From the NCBI GenBank assembly GCA_951406725.2, contig OX597831.1, positions 81,344,001 through 81,408,000 of the forward strand: a DNA stretch of 64,000 bases, read 5' to 3'. Position 1 is the stretch's first letter; the number at the start of each line of letters is the position of its first letter. Shown here in pieces: positions 16,385 through 29,270 of this stretch. Source of the DNA: Octopus vulgaris (taxonomy: Eukaryota). A program made the translations under genes and the position numbers. The notes beneath the pieces are model-generated. The model ran no database searches. It worked only from the letters and a program-made list of their open reading frames with translations, and was not told the origin of the DNA.

Positions 16385-16812
16385 GGCGGCGAGCTGGCAG
16401 AATCGTTAGCACGGCGTGCAAAATGCTTACCGGTATTTCGCCTGTCGCTACGTTCCGTGTTCAAATTCCGCCGATGTCGACTTTGTCATCTTTTCGAGGC
16501 CAATAAAATTAAGTACCAGTTGCATACTGGTTCTATCTAATCGACTGGCCCCTCCTTCCAAAATATCAGGCCTTGTGCCTATAGTAGAAAGGATTATTAT
16601 TATTATTATGGTGGCGAGCTGGCGGAATCGTTATTACGCCGTTAAAAAGCTTAGCGGCATTTCACCCGACTTTAGGTTCTAAGTTCAAATTCCGTGGAGG
16701 TCGACTTTGCCTTCCATTCTCTCGGGGTCGATAAAGTAAGTACCGGTTGAGTACTGGGGTTGATGTAATCGACTTACCCCCATTTCAGGCCTTGAGCCTT
16801 GAGCAGAAAGGA
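16385..16812 (+). mobile_element. Two tandem SINE family A copies (16385-16593, 16610-16812)
   Basis: Each begins GG(C/T)GGCGAGCTGGC.GAATCGTTA and ends GAAAGGAT. Separated by (TTA)n. Confidence 0.85.
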
Positions 16813-16936
16813 TCATCATCATCATCATCACCATTATTTCATCTGTTTCAGCAACGTTCTGTTCAGCATTTCAAACACCGCAGAGTACTTTTTTCTTTTT
16901 CTTTTCGTGATTAGATGCAATCATAAATATTATTAG

Positions 16937-16979
<43 letters not shown>

Positions 16980-17189
16980 CGTGTGCGTGTGTGTTTGTGT
17001 GCGTGTGTGTGTTTCGCTCAGGTAGTTTCTTTATGTACGCCGTGATGTTGAAATCAATGAGGCATGAAATAAATACATTTGAAGTAATATATATTTCCTT
17101 TCGTTCTCCTTCATTCAACCCTGTCACCCTTTCCACCATCTACCTTTGTCCCCATCGCCTCTCTTTTTCCTGTCTGTCTGTCTGTCTCT

Positions 17190-17230
<41 letters not shown>

Positions 17231-17335
17231 CATTCAAGTTCCTTGCAATGGATGGCTTTAACAATACGCTGACATCAAAACATAACTTTTTCATTCAAAG
17301 AACATGCATATAGATACACACACACACACGCACGC

Positions 17336-17374
<39 letters not shown>

Positions 17375-18174
17375 CAGTATGCATGATTTTTATACGTGTG
17401 TCCTATGAACGTATGTCTGTGTATTCAGGGGTTGAAGCACCGATGTGTAATTATTCGTCCACACCTAAATTCCCGCCTTCGATTATTTCTGAAGAATTCG
17501 TTAGAAGCAACTTGTCGAACTTCATCTTCCAAATAATTGGTAAATTGATATATTGTAATCGTTATTGAGTGACTGGTTAATTAATTAATCAATTTATTTA
17601 TTCCCAGAAAAGTTTCCTTCTCATTTCGAAGAATCTACATATTCTTCGGACCTCAATTGTAAACTCTTGCACCCGAGTAAGTCGGATTTAGGTTGGTGCC
17701 GTTTAACCCTAAGCGGTCTCTAATAGAGGAGACCTCACATCAAATACTTCCCAGCCGAGACCATCTCGTTTTTTTTTTTGTTTGTTTCCCGATACGTCTC
17801 TAAGTGTGGCTTCGATATATTTCTTTATAGAATAAAGGATAAAGATGTGGTGAGGGAGGTTTGACTGTTATTTCAAGCAGTTCAAGAACCCAGATAGTTT
17901 CCCAGGCCACTGTAGCTATACTAGACAATATTATTTCCAGTTAGTCGCAGATCAATTCAACAGATGCCATTTCATTCTGGCCCTTAATAAAAGCATTAAA
18001 CTCTGACCACACATACATGTGTGTGTTTGTGTGTGTGTGTATTAGTAAATATGTTCTTTGTGTTTTACCTACAAATATAACAGGTATTAGATTTAATTAG
18101 AATTTCTCATTTTATTAATCTCTTTATTTCCATTACTGTCACCGTCATCCACATCCATAATCTATTCCACTCTG

Positions 18175-18220
<46 letters not shown>

Positions 18221-18660
18221 TAGAAAACACATACACACACACATATATACACATATATACATATAGCTACATATAAGTATAAACATTAAATACATGCATA
18301 TATATATATGTATGTATGTATATACAAAGATATATATATATATCCGCACACACCTCTTTTTCTTTTTTCATTCGTCGTTTCTATCTCACCCCCTTTCCTC
18401 CTCTTTCTCTCCTTCTCTCCTCACACTCCAACTCATTATTCCCTCTTCAAAAACTCTACCAAATATCTCTCAAATATTTTCAACATTTAATCGAATTTTT
18501 ATTTCTGTTTTTGATGATAGTCAATGTTGTTGTTGTTGTTGTTTTTGCATTTGTTTTGCATTTCTCCATAGATTTCATCACCGTTATTTGTTTATTTATT
18601 TATTTTCCCAAGCTTGCTTCCGTTTTTGTAGAAGAGCAACAATAGACAATAAAGAGGATT

Positions 18661-18676
18661 TAGCGCCCCCTGGTGG
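18661..18676 (-). promoter_or_regulatory. Candidate CTCF site just 3' of the Emx stop codon
   Basis: Minus strand reads CCACCAGGGGGCGCTA, matching the CTCF core consensus CCASYAGRKGGCRS, as a GC island in AT-rich sequence. Confidence 0.55.
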
Positions 18677-18806
18677 TGTTAGGAATATAGTCTTTATTTT
18701 CCTTTCGTTTTGCGCTGTCTTATTTTTTTTTAAATTTCGTTTTCTTAAAAGACAAATCGATGCTTGAGTAACGGATTTGCTGATCGTGTCAACCCCGAAA
18801 TGGCCA

Positions 18807-19025
18807 TCATGTTCCAATCCGACCTGGTTCCGAATCAGAATTTTCATCAGATCCATCATAATCAATGGGATCTAAGCCTGTCGGATCGATTTCCATATCC
18901 TTCGATCTGGCTCGCGATGAAGATGACGGTTCTTCTCTGGTGGAACCGGCAGAAGCTGAGGTGGCTTCTTCTTCTGCTTTCATCCGTTTATGTTTGGTGC
19001 GACGGTTTTGGAACCAAACTTTGAC
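18807..19025 (-). CDS. Emx: Emx homeobox gene, last coding exon (helix 3 plus acidic tail)
   Basis: TTCTTCTGCAG acceptor ends at 19026. Phase-0 join gives ..TETQ|VKVWFQNRRTKHKRMKAEEE..DYDGSDENSDSEPGRIGT*, with TGA at 18809-18807. The intron between homeodomain residues 44 and 45 is the conserved Emx/NK-class position. Confidence 0.96.
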   Translation of the reverse strand, partial: VKVWFQNRRTKHKRMKAEEEATSASAGSTREEPSSSSRARSKDMEIDPTGLDPIDYDGSDENSDSEPGRIGT

Positions 19026-19483
19026 CTGCAGAAGAAAGAAGAATGGAAGATTAGAGAATAAACCACCAAGAAATTTCTGGTGTAGCAACGTTGTAATGGT
19101 GGACTTACTGATATAGAACGGGGAATATTATTAGTCTACTTGAGCAAAAGTAAAACTATTTAGTGATATCAGCGGAGGGTGATCAGTAATAAAGGAATCT
19201 AACATCAAAAAGCTTTCCAATCGAGACTGTCACCTCGCTCTTTTTCCCGACAAAACGAAGGTGTCGAGCTCTAATTTTCCTAATTTATTTCGAAAAAAAA
19301 CAAAAAAACAAAACAAAACAAAAGAGACACTGTCGACACAAGAATGGTTGCGTGATTCGAACTCGTTTGGCGACCAAACGGCTTCAGGTTTAGTCCCGCT
19401 TTACAACACCTTGGGTAAGTGTCTACTACTATAGCCAGGGACTGACCAATGAATTAGGATGACAAAGACTGCGTTGAAGTTCG

Positions 19484-19624
<141 letters not shown>

Positions 19625-19627
19625 GTG

Positions 19628-19897
19628 AAGGTGCGTGGCTTAGTAATTAAGGCTTTCGATCGTAAGGTCGGGAACTCAGTTCCCCCCGACGCGTTGTCTC
19701 CTTGAGCAAGACACTTTATTTCAGCTTGCTACAGTCCAATCAGCAGGCGAGAATGTATTTAAACGGGCCAGCCTTGTCACACTCTCCTTGTCACACTCTC
19801 CTGAGTACTGTGGAGTACTCAGCCACTTGCACATTCATTTCACGAGCAGGCTGATCGGATCAACTGGAACCCACGTCGTCGTAACCGATGGAGTGCC

Positions 19898-19900
<3 letters not shown>
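19628..19900 (+). mobile_element. tRNA-derived SINE family C inside the Emx homeobox intron
   Basis: GTGCGTGGCTTAGT head and GTCTCCTTGAGCAAGACACTTTA (V-domain-like, inference). A related copy lies at ~55486-55610. Confidence 0.6.
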
Positions 19901-19946
<46 letters not shown>

Positions 19947-20649
19947 CATATGAGTGTGTATGTGTTTGTATATGTATGTGTCTTTATGTTTGTATTTGTC
20001 CCCAACAAATCGTTTAATAACCGGTGCACCAAGTAAAAGATAAAAGCGTCTGAAAGGGAAAGTCGACCTCGGCAGAATTTGAACTTAGAACGTTGTGGTA
20101 GAAGAAACACTGCTAAGCATTTCGCCCGGCGGGCTAACGATTCTGCCAGCTCATCGCATTAATATTGGTTAAAATATTAAAAGGCTCTCATTCTTTTCCC
20201 ATCCGTCATTTCTTGGCTACCCACCCTTAAATATCCTTTAAGCCAGGCCCCGACTAGCAGATACAGGTTTAAATATTCGTGCAACTTTGTTTTCAAATGT
20301 TCCTGTAGACTCGATGGTCACCGTTTTCTGGCAAGGATACGAGGGTGGAGAAGGGCGAGGGTACCTCAAACTCATCCTCTTTCTCAGTGATCAAGCCTTA
20401 GATTATATATCTGCTAAATCAGGTTAAACAGTAACAACAGGAAGCTTCTAAGTGGTCGCTCAATCTGCTAGAAGTAGCAACCAAGTACCAACCAGATTAC
20501 CAGCCCGACAGTCTTAAAATGGTATGGCCCATAGATAATTAACTTCTAGTTATAACATATCTGAATTAAGACGGGATATTCGCTGCCTTGAGACTCTCAT
20601 CTACAACAATTGCAACGATAAAACTAACAAGCAAAGGGTGATAACTGAC

Positions 20650-20822
20650 CTGTGTTTCCGTTAGTTTTAACTCAGCTGCAAGTTCTTTCCGTTCCTGGCC
20701 GACCACGTAATGATTCTTCTCAAATGCCTGTTCCAGCTGGAGCAGCTGCGATGGCGAAAATGCGGTTCGAATACGTTTCGGTTTTCTATAAGGGGGCAGA
20801 ATAAAGGCGCCGTCGTGCCCAA
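20650..20822 (-). CDS. Emx: Emx/empty-spiracles homeobox gene, internal coding exon (homeodomain residues 1-44)
   Basis: Translates to (x)[57 protein letters not shown], a near-match to the EMX homeodomain ([28 protein letters not shown]). Polypyrimidine/TATAG acceptor ends at 20823 (phase 1); GTCAGT donor starts at 20649. Length 173 nt = 2 nt + 57 codons. Confidence 0.96.
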
Positions 20823-21867
20823 CTATAAAAAGACAAAAAAAAAAAAAGAAAAAAGAAGAAAAAGATGCAAACATTACTTTAAATAAACTTCATTTAAGAC
20901 TTCGCGGAATCTGTAAGTGTAATGTGAAAGTGTGTATGTGTGTGTGTGTGTTCGTCTCCCACAGCTCAACAACCGGTGCAGGTTCGTTTACGTCTCCATC
21001 ACTTAGCAGTTTGGCAAAATTAAGACAATAAAATAAGTACCAACGTTAAACTAAGTACTGGTGTCGATGTAACAGCACAAAATCCATAGTCCAATGACGG
21101 AAACACACATAAAAGAAACACACACACACACACATACATATATATATGTATGTATATATAAAGTTGCTTCCTAACCACATGGTCCCGGGTTCAGTGTCTG
21201 TGCGCTCGAGCGTGCGTTTCTTGTGTGTGTGTGTGTGTTTGTGTAGCTCTCTCTCTCTCTCTCTCTCTCTGTTGATAATTAGACAGTTAGACGGAGAGGT
21301 ATGAATTTAGCTGAGTGTGTGTTCTTCCGGTTGTGTTTCCGACTCAGGAACAAAGCTCCGTCATTGGAATTAAAAACATATCCATATGACGAATAAGCAA
21401 ATGAAGGAGAAATTTGGAATGAAAAAAAAATTCTCTTCTAAAACAAGCAGAAACCAAATAGAATGGCGGTGGTGGCGGTGGTGGTGGTATGGGGTACGTC
21501 AAGAAACGTCATCAGTTGAAGCTGTTGAGTTTGTGTAGGTTTGTATGTTGCGGTGAGATGAGGAAGCTGACGTTTCGGGAATTGGCACTTCTTCGGAGAT
21601 ATCGAAAAAAATATACAATCTCTTCACCCCCTCCCCCACCTCGAAGTAACTAAACGAAAACGTCGGATTCCTCATCTTAATCCCCATCACCACCACCACC
21701 ACCACCACCACCACCAAGACCATTAGATAACTAGTAATCAAAACTTCACCAACTCCACTTTACATAACAAAAACGTGAACAGCCGTACATAGTGTCAGCT
21801 TAGATACACTTAGACCACCACCACCACCACCACCACCACCACCAGCAACAACAACAACAACAACAAA

Positions 21868-21915
<48 letters not shown>

Positions 21916-22659
21916 CGCTGCCGCTGCTGCTGCTTCCGTACTTAATTAAAAGTCCTCAATAATTATTGCGCCGATGTTAATTGTATTATCCTCTGACTAG
22001 ATGTTACCCATTACAGACAGCTGTAGACGGAAGGCGTGATGTGATGTTGTGATGTTCATGTTGTTATAGTAGTTGTAATAACTGTAGCAGCAGCTGATCT
22101 TATTGTAGCGATAGCAGTAGAGGTGGTCGTGGTGGAGATAGTGACTGTTGTGGCAATGGTGGTGTACTAGTTGCAGGAATGGTAGAAGTATTAAATGACG
22201 CAAGTATAATGGAGATGTTATTGTGGGAAGCGGGTGGTTGTGGTGGCGGTGGTAGTGATGGTGGCGGTGGTAGTGGTGGTGGTGGTGGCGGTGGTAGTGG
22301 TGGTGGTGGTGGCGGTGGCCATAGCTGTAAAACGTAGGTAAGAATGATAGTGGCTGTTATGGTAGTAGTAGAGTTAAATATGATGGTGGCGGCGGCGGTG
22401 GGGTTCGGTTAATGATGTAATTATGTGTATACTCTGTGTATACGTGTGTGCATGTGTGCCTGTATGTGTGTGTGTGTGTGTGAGTGTGTGTGTGTGCGTG
22501 AGAGAGTGAGAGATGGTATTCGATGCCAATTAAACAATCTTCACTCACCACAAAACTGTTTCAGCTATTAATATAATGTCGAGTGTTAGAATACATTTGT
22601 GTGAAAGACGGCTTCCATTGACGGCTGCGGCTTGGGAATGCATTTAGAAACGCATACAA

Positions 22660-22707
<48 letters not shown>

Positions 22708-23103
22708 ACACACACAAACACATAAACACACTCACGTGTGTATGTGTGTGTGTGTACGCATCTGTCATTTATGTTGCTTTTTCGGCGATAAAGTAATCTG
22801 CTGTTCCATTAACAGACACTCTCCCTCAAGAAATTAACGTCCAAGTGGCTGAGTACTTCGCATATACATTGTGTGAAAAGCTGGACCTCTTTGAATTACT
22901 GGTACAGTAGTTCATCTAGCGGGCTTCCATAAAGTTTCCATCTCCCCTCTTTACTCACAATGCTTAGATCTACTGGAGACACTGGTAAAAGACAATTGTC
23001 CAAAACGTCACGAACCCGAGACCTCTTTATCGTGAAGCATACCTATCAATCTCTGTCTGTCTCTCTCCCTCAACACACACACGCACGCACGCACTCACGC
23101 AAG

Positions 23104-23134
<31 letters not shown>

Positions 23135-23300
23135 ATATTTCGGAATGGTCATTTTGCCTGTTTAGCCAATAAAAACACACGCACTATATATTTGGTGTTA
23201 TTTTGCTTCAGTGTTATTTATTTTTTTAATTAATCTTTTTCTTATTTCGGCCAGAGTTCTTTCGTCACACTCCTGTGACCGCATCAGTGGTCCTTTGTTT
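23135..23300. mobile_element. Family H2 element (carries the hammerhead-like motif at 23249-23292)
   Basis: Begins TATTTCGGAATGGTCATTTTGCC. Overlapping pieces of the same family occur at ~8055-8145 (reverse), 28620-28660 and 63180-63290. Confidence 0.6.
23249..23292 (-). ncRNA. Hammerhead ribozyme-like motif (A9C core variant)
   Basis: Minus strand reads GACCA-CTGATGC-G-GTCACA-GGAG-TGTGAC-GAAA-GAAC-TC-TGGCC: stem I CCA/UGG, 6-bp stem II, CUC triplet. Confidence 0.6.
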
Positions 23301-23384
23301 TCTTCTTTCTTATTTGTGTCTCTCCTTACTAACCGTCAGCCATTGTATATTAATATGGGTGGTAGCCGTACCATCCGAACCTTC

Positions 23385-23575
23385 GAAAAAAGGTTGGGAT
23401 CAACTTCCGTCTGTCTTCTCAGTTCACGAACGTCATTGCTTTTGATGTTCATTGAGAAAGTGAGGCACAAATTTTGGTGCAACTCTTTTCATTCGTAATT
23501 CCTCGTTCAGAATTTGGGAGGAGTTCCTCGAAACAGCAGTCACATCAACAAGTTCGTCAATTTCTATTTGTTTCA
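23385..23575 (-). mobile_element. Mariner transposase fragment (HTH/linker region)
   Basis: IDELVDVTAVSRNSSQILNEELRMKRVAPKFVPHFLNEHQKQ resembles the mariner ..ILxEELxMKRVxAKFVPxLLT.. (WVPHEL-equivalent) region. Confidence 0.7.
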
Positions 23576-24029
23576 AATTACTAACCCAGTCCATTCCAAG
23601 GTCAAACATTGTTAGTTTTAGATCTAAATTCTTTGATATAAGACAAGGTCTATTTCTGAAGTCATTGCCCTCTCCGCGAAAGGTCAGCATTCACCTTTAT
23701 TTACGAGATTGAACTAAATTTGCGCTTTTTAATGACGTTTCGTTATTTTTGCTGGTCTCCAGACCAACACACAATTTATTCTCTTATCATTAACAGAAGC
23801 AGCAATGATGGAGGAAAAGGGCGGAATGTGTCCTTAAACCTCCTCTTTGGTCTTGTACTCACAGCATGAGATGTTTTCAACCCTCAAAGGGATATTGGTT
23901 TGTATATACCATCAAGGAATCTTCAAGCTTTTGGCTCCATGGCGAAGAATTCTCTCAAAACAGGCTCTGAAACAAGGCTCGCTTTGTTGATTCTTAAATA
24001 CTTGTTTCTCAGTAGTTGTGAAGTTTATG

Positions 24030-24081
<52 letters not shown>

Positions 24082-24189
24082 CATACTCACACATATACAT
24101 ATATATATATATACTTACATATACTTATGTATACATATATATTTACATACATATACACAAATATACATACATACATACATATATATATA

Positions 24190-24257
<68 letters not shown>

Positions 24258-24545
24258 TGTATGTATAATTGCCTTAGCCACCAGTGTGTAACACACACGA
24301 AACGACTTCTGTTTCCTTCTAAATTAATCTCATATTCTTTTATACCCTGACCAAACACTAATTCTTCCTTTATCTCTTCCTTCCTTCTTTCTTAGATTAA
24401 ACCAATCGAATTACACGTTTTCATATTTTTTATTGTCCTTGAATTTCTCGTTTTCTTCCTTATTTTAATGTAATTTCCGTTAAACTCTGTTGACCATTTT
24501 CTTGTTGTCTCCTTCATTTTCTCTCTCTCTTTCTCTCTCTCTCTT

Positions 24546-24595
<50 letters not shown>

Positions 24596-24926
24596 TCGCA
24601 TAAACTCTTTATCTGCTTTCCTTCGATATTTTCATTCGTCAGAAATAGATGTTTTGCTTGGTTCAGTCGTGTGCTAACTCTCACTTTGTTTTCTGACCTG
24701 GAACTAACTACAGTTAAAAGAAATTGTGACAGAAATGGAGTGAGAGACGGAGATGAATATGGCTCATACGAATCGAAAAATAAAATCTTTGGTAGTAGTA
24801 GTTGTTAAAAACACATACATTGCAAGAAATAAGAGCTAAAATACACTAATGCTGTATAAAAACACATGCACTAACATGGACTATAATTGTCCGAATAGAG
24901 AAACAGATCCGGAAATTGCCGAACAC

Positions 24927-25124
24927 GGAGAATTCATAAAAAAAACAACAACAACAAAAGACGAAGACGTGTGTTGTAGACAACAAACAGATGGATTAGT
25001 TTAACGCTCGGGAAATGAAGAAGTCTTTAACGTTTCGAGCCTACGCTCTTCAACAGAAAGGAACACAGAAAGAAACAAGGAGAGCAAATAAAGAATATGT
25101 ACTGGCTAGCGATCTATCATGGCG
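24927..25124 (-). mobile_element. Family H1 element, full unit
   Basis: Closely similar to 9473-9651, with the same CGCCATGATAGATCGCTAGCCA 5' end and hammerhead-like motif. Confidence 0.75.
25025..25060 (-). ncRNA. Hammerhead-like motif, CUGUNGA variant
   Basis: Minus strand reads CTTT-CTGTTGA-A-GAGC-GTAG-GCTC-GAAACGT-T-AAAG. Confidence 0.6.
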
Positions 25125-25140
25125 CATATTTATATATATC

Positions 25141-25353
25141 ACCATGATCACCATGACCGACCAGGCTATCAGATGTCGCTACACATCGCTGGTCACAATG
25201 CCTTTCGCATTGCTTTAGCCTTCAAATGACGCCACCCCGCTGGCTAAGCGAGCAGGCCAACAGAAGAAAGAGTGAGAGAAAGTTGGGGCGAAAGAGTACA
25301 GCGGGGATCGCCACTACCCCACGTATATATATATGTATATGTATATATATGTA

Positions 25354-25432
<79 letters not shown>

Positions 25433-25553
25433 ATCCGACACCGTCACCGTGACTGACAAGGCTATCAGATGTTCCTACACATCGCTGGTCACAATGCCTT
25501 TCGCATTGTTTTAGCCTTCAAATGACGCCAACTCGCTGGCTAAGCGAGCAGGT
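25141..25553. repeat. Two direct copies of a ~110-180 bp interspersed repeat separated by (TA)n
   Basis: GGCTATCAGATGT..CTACACATCGCTGGTCACAATGCCTTTCGCATTG..GCTGGCTAAGCGAGCAGG at ~25141-25320 and ~25439-25553. Confidence 0.8.
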
Positions 25554-25581
25554 CATATATATATATACGTATATATACACG

Positions 25582-25612
<31 letters not shown>

Positions 25613-26995
25613 GCATCCACACACACACGCATATATATATATGCTTCGCATGTCTATAACTTTCAAGGGTTTTAATATCCAGTTCTATGAAAGAGTCATC
25701 CCCATCGCGCCTAAATGGGATTTGGAGCAAGCTCTCTTGTCTATCTACGACTGTCAAGTGTTTTAATACCCGGCGCTTTGAGGGAAGCAGCCCCACCTCG
25801 CTAATCGCAGCCTACCAACGAACAAGTAGAGCTTATACATTGAGCATGCGTGGTCGATAATGTCGCTTGTACTCTGTGTAAGTTGGAGCTATTAATATAA
25901 ATATCTATGTCTATTTACTTAAATATTCATCACTTAAGTCTTCACTCTTCACTTTCTCTCTTCAGTCATCTCACTGCGGCCATGTTGGAGCACCGCCTTT
26001 AATCGAACAATACGACCCCAGGATTTATCCTTTGTAAGCCTAGTACTTATTCTATCATTCACTTTTGCAGAACCGCTAAGTTATGGGGACGTAAACACAC
26101 CAATATCAGTTGTGATATGTGGGGACAAACACAGACACATAAATATATACATACATAATACATACATAATACATACATGATACACACACACACACACGCA
26201 CACACATACAGACGCACACATATATATATAACTGTAGGAAAAGCTATAAATAATACCATGCAGATATTGAGTTAAAAATCTTTAAGGGTCGCTGTCTCCA
26301 CTTCGAGTTCTAAAGTTAAAAATGAATGTTTTCTCGTTCCTTCGATGTTTCTATATTCCTATGTCGTCAACCACCTACAATTTCTGCTGGTAACAACAAT
26401 GCTTCTAAAAATCTAAAAACGGCCAGGAATTTCGAAGGATTTCAGAGGTCCCATGACAGTACATGTGTCAAGTTTACAAAAGATGTGCGCCGCAAGGAAG
26501 TTTTTTGACTTTTCCAGTCCAACATGTTTTTTTATAACCTATCTATCTGGGATTATTTACGGTTTAATGTAATTCGAGTTTTACACTTAAAAACAGATTA
26601 TTGCACAATGTTTCGAAGTGTCTACATTCGTATGATTTAAGCAATGTGTACACATACATACATAAATACATACATAAATACATACATAGACAGACAGACA
26701 CAAAAAAGAGACATGTATATATATATATATATACGTATATCTGTGTGTGTGTGTTTTTGTGTTCGTCCCCCAACATCCCTGGCCAATTTTATTGGAGTGG
26801 TTACTTCCCCGAAACAAAGCGGCGCGGCAGGGGAAAACCGATAGTATAAGGGACCTGGGTTAAAAACAAATAAGTAGTGGGAGTCAAATCATTGACCAAA
26901 ATTGTTCAAAGTGGTGCCCCAGGATGGCCGCGGTCTAAGAATGATAAAGGATAAAAGTTATGTATGTATGTATATATGTATGTATGCATGTATGC

Positions 26996-27028
<33 letters not shown>

Positions 27029-27764
27029 TGTATGTATGTATGTATGTATGTATAGATGTATAGATGTATGCATATATGTATGTATGTATGTATATATATG
27101 TGTGTATGTATGTATGCATGTGTGTGCATGTATGTGTGTATGTGTGTATGTATGTATGTATGTGTGTGCATGTATGTGTGTGTGTATGTATGTATGCATG
27201 TATATATGTATGTGTATGTATGTGTGTGCATGTATGTGTGTATGTGTGTATGTATGTGTGTATGCATGTATGCATGTGTATGTATGTGTGTATGTATGTA
27301 TGTATTGTATGTATGTATGCATGTATGTATGTATGTATTGTGTGTATGTATGTATTGTATGTATGTATGCATGTATGTATGTATGTATGTATTGTGTGTA
27401 TGTATGTATTGTATGTATGTATGTATGTATGTATGTATGTATGTATCTGTGTGTATGTATGTATGTATGTATGTATGTATGCATGTATGTATCTGTGTGT
27501 ATGTATGTATGTGTATGTATATGTATGTGTGTATGTATGTGTGTGTGTGTATGGATATGCGTATGTACACACAAACACAGTTGTTGCATTGACTTCTGTT
27601 TAGATCCGAATGCTGAGAACGCGTAACACGAATTTATGTTGGAAGTTTCTGCAACACAAACTTTGTTAATTTATGTGAGATGAATGGAGAGGAGACGCGA
27701 ACGGCGGTTTCGTTGGTTCGACCAGCAGCCATTAGGCAACAAATGTATGAATGCATTGATGGAA

Positions 27765-27823
<59 letters not shown>

Positions 27824-27928
27824 AAGGAAGATCTTGTAGATGAGGTTGAAATAGTGTTAAGGTTCGGAACGTACGTGCTTATTTAGCTAAATATAACATA
27901 ATTATAATCTAAAACATAATATATACGC

Positions 27929-27959
<31 letters not shown>

Positions 27960-27969
27960 CATATATATA

Positions 27970-28025
<56 letters not shown>

Positions 28026-28093
28026 GTATACATATATATATATATTTATATATATCTATATATATATATATATATATATATAAATATATATAC

Positions 28094-28140
<47 letters not shown>

Positions 28141-28230
28141 TACATCTAATGTAGGATAAAATGTTTTCGAAAAATTTTTTTATCAAAAGCCAGCATATTA
28201 AAAAATACCTTTAAAGGTTAAATTTATAAA

Positions 28231-28593
28231 CAATTTATAAATAAGGGCAAACGAAAAAATTTCTCATGCCAAATATGCCGAAACTAGACACATTATCCAT
28301 AACCATATAATTTATCACAATAAGCACGTATCTCGAAGAAAGCCGACAGAAATCTCAAAAAATTCCGTTATTACTATATCGGACCGATTTCAGGGTTAGT
28401 TCATAAGAACCCTCCCTTCGTCAGTGAACTAACCCTGAAATCGGTCCGATGTGGTAATAACGGAATTTTTTAGAGATTTCTGTCGACCTTTTTCGAGTGC
28501 TTATTGTGATAAATTATATGGTTATGGACAATGTGTCTAGTTTCGGCATATTTGGCATTAGAAATTTTTTGTTTTGCTCTTATTTAAAAATTG
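28231..28593. repeat. Long inverted repeat (arms ~170 bp, 21-nt loop)
   Basis: 28231-28403 is the reverse complement of 28425-28593 with scattered mismatches. Microsatellites on both sides. Confidence 0.9.
28378..28424 (-). ncRNA. Hammerhead core with stem I removed by inversion
   Basis: Minus strand reads CTGACGA-AGGG-AGGGTTC-TTAT-GAACTAA-CCCT-GAAA-TCGG-TC-CGAT. The sequence 5' of CTGACGA is replaced by the inverted arm that starts at 28425. Confidence 0.6.
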
Positions 28594-28664
28594 CATATAT
28601 GTATATATATATATATATTGTTATATTTCGGAATAGTCATTTTGCCAGTTTAGCCAATAAGATA

Positions 28665-28695
<31 letters not shown>

Positions 28696-28696
<1 letters not shown>

Positions 28697-28854
28697 GTGC
28701 AGGCGTGGCTGTGTGATAAGTAATTTGCTTACCAACCACATGGTTCCGGGTTCAGACCCACTGCGTGGCACCTTGGGCAGGTGTCTTCTACTATAGCCTC
28801 AGGACGACCAAAGCCTTGTGAGTGGATTTGGTAGATGGAAACTGAAAGAAGCTC

Positions 28855-28856
<2 letters not shown>
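28696..28856 (+). mobile_element. SINE family B, 5' half
   Basis: TGGCTGTGTGA A-box-like, GGTTCAGACCC B-box, ACCTTGGGCAGGTGTCTT. Confidence 0.8.
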
Positions 28857-28902
<46 letters not shown>

Positions 28903-29109
28903 ATGTATGTATACTTTTGTGTATGTGTTTGTCGCTACGAGAGAAGACCTGATGTGATTCGTCTCACTTGACGGTCACTTACATTCAGGTGTTTTTCACA
29001 CCCGGCGTATTTTGAGTGTATTCCCTTACGCCTAAAAACTGCAGCCGGCCCACGAACTAACAACACACCACGTGTATGTGTGTTCGATCATATATATATA
29101 TATATAGGT

Positions 29110-29270
29110 GGGGAGAGTTCACGAAAAATACAAAAGACGAAGACAGGTGGTGTACAAAACAAACAGATGTATTAGTATAACGCTCAGGAATTGAAAAAGT
29201 CTTTTACGTTTCGAGCCTTCGCTCTTCTATAGAAAGGGACACAGAAAAAACAAGGAGAGAAAAAATGTAT
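29110..29270 (-). mobile_element. Family H1 element
   Basis: AAAGACGAAGACAGGTGGTGTAC..TTTTACGTTTCGAGCCTTCGCTCTTC. Hammerhead-like motif at 29201-29236 (core CTATAGA, GUA triplet). Lies between (TA)n tracts. Confidence 0.7.

Noticed and set aside
18100-18700. Emx polyadenylation signal
   Set aside because: Several minus-strand AATAAA hexamers occur in AT-rich sequence; the true site cannot be chosen without transcript data.
21505-21600. Minus-strand GAAACGTCAG and CTGATGAC resembling hammerhead halves
   Set aside because: Stem I does not pair in either arrangement and no GAAA follows the CTGATGA hairpin.
21460-22340. Candidate Emx exon 1 in the proline/histidine-rich triplet region
   Set aside because: No eh1 or YPW motif, frames are interrupted by stops, and no convincing phase-1 donor was seen.
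26335-26375. Minus-strand TTGACGA..GAAACATC hammerhead-like string
   Set aside because: Core mismatch, weak stem II and no stem I; consistent with chance.
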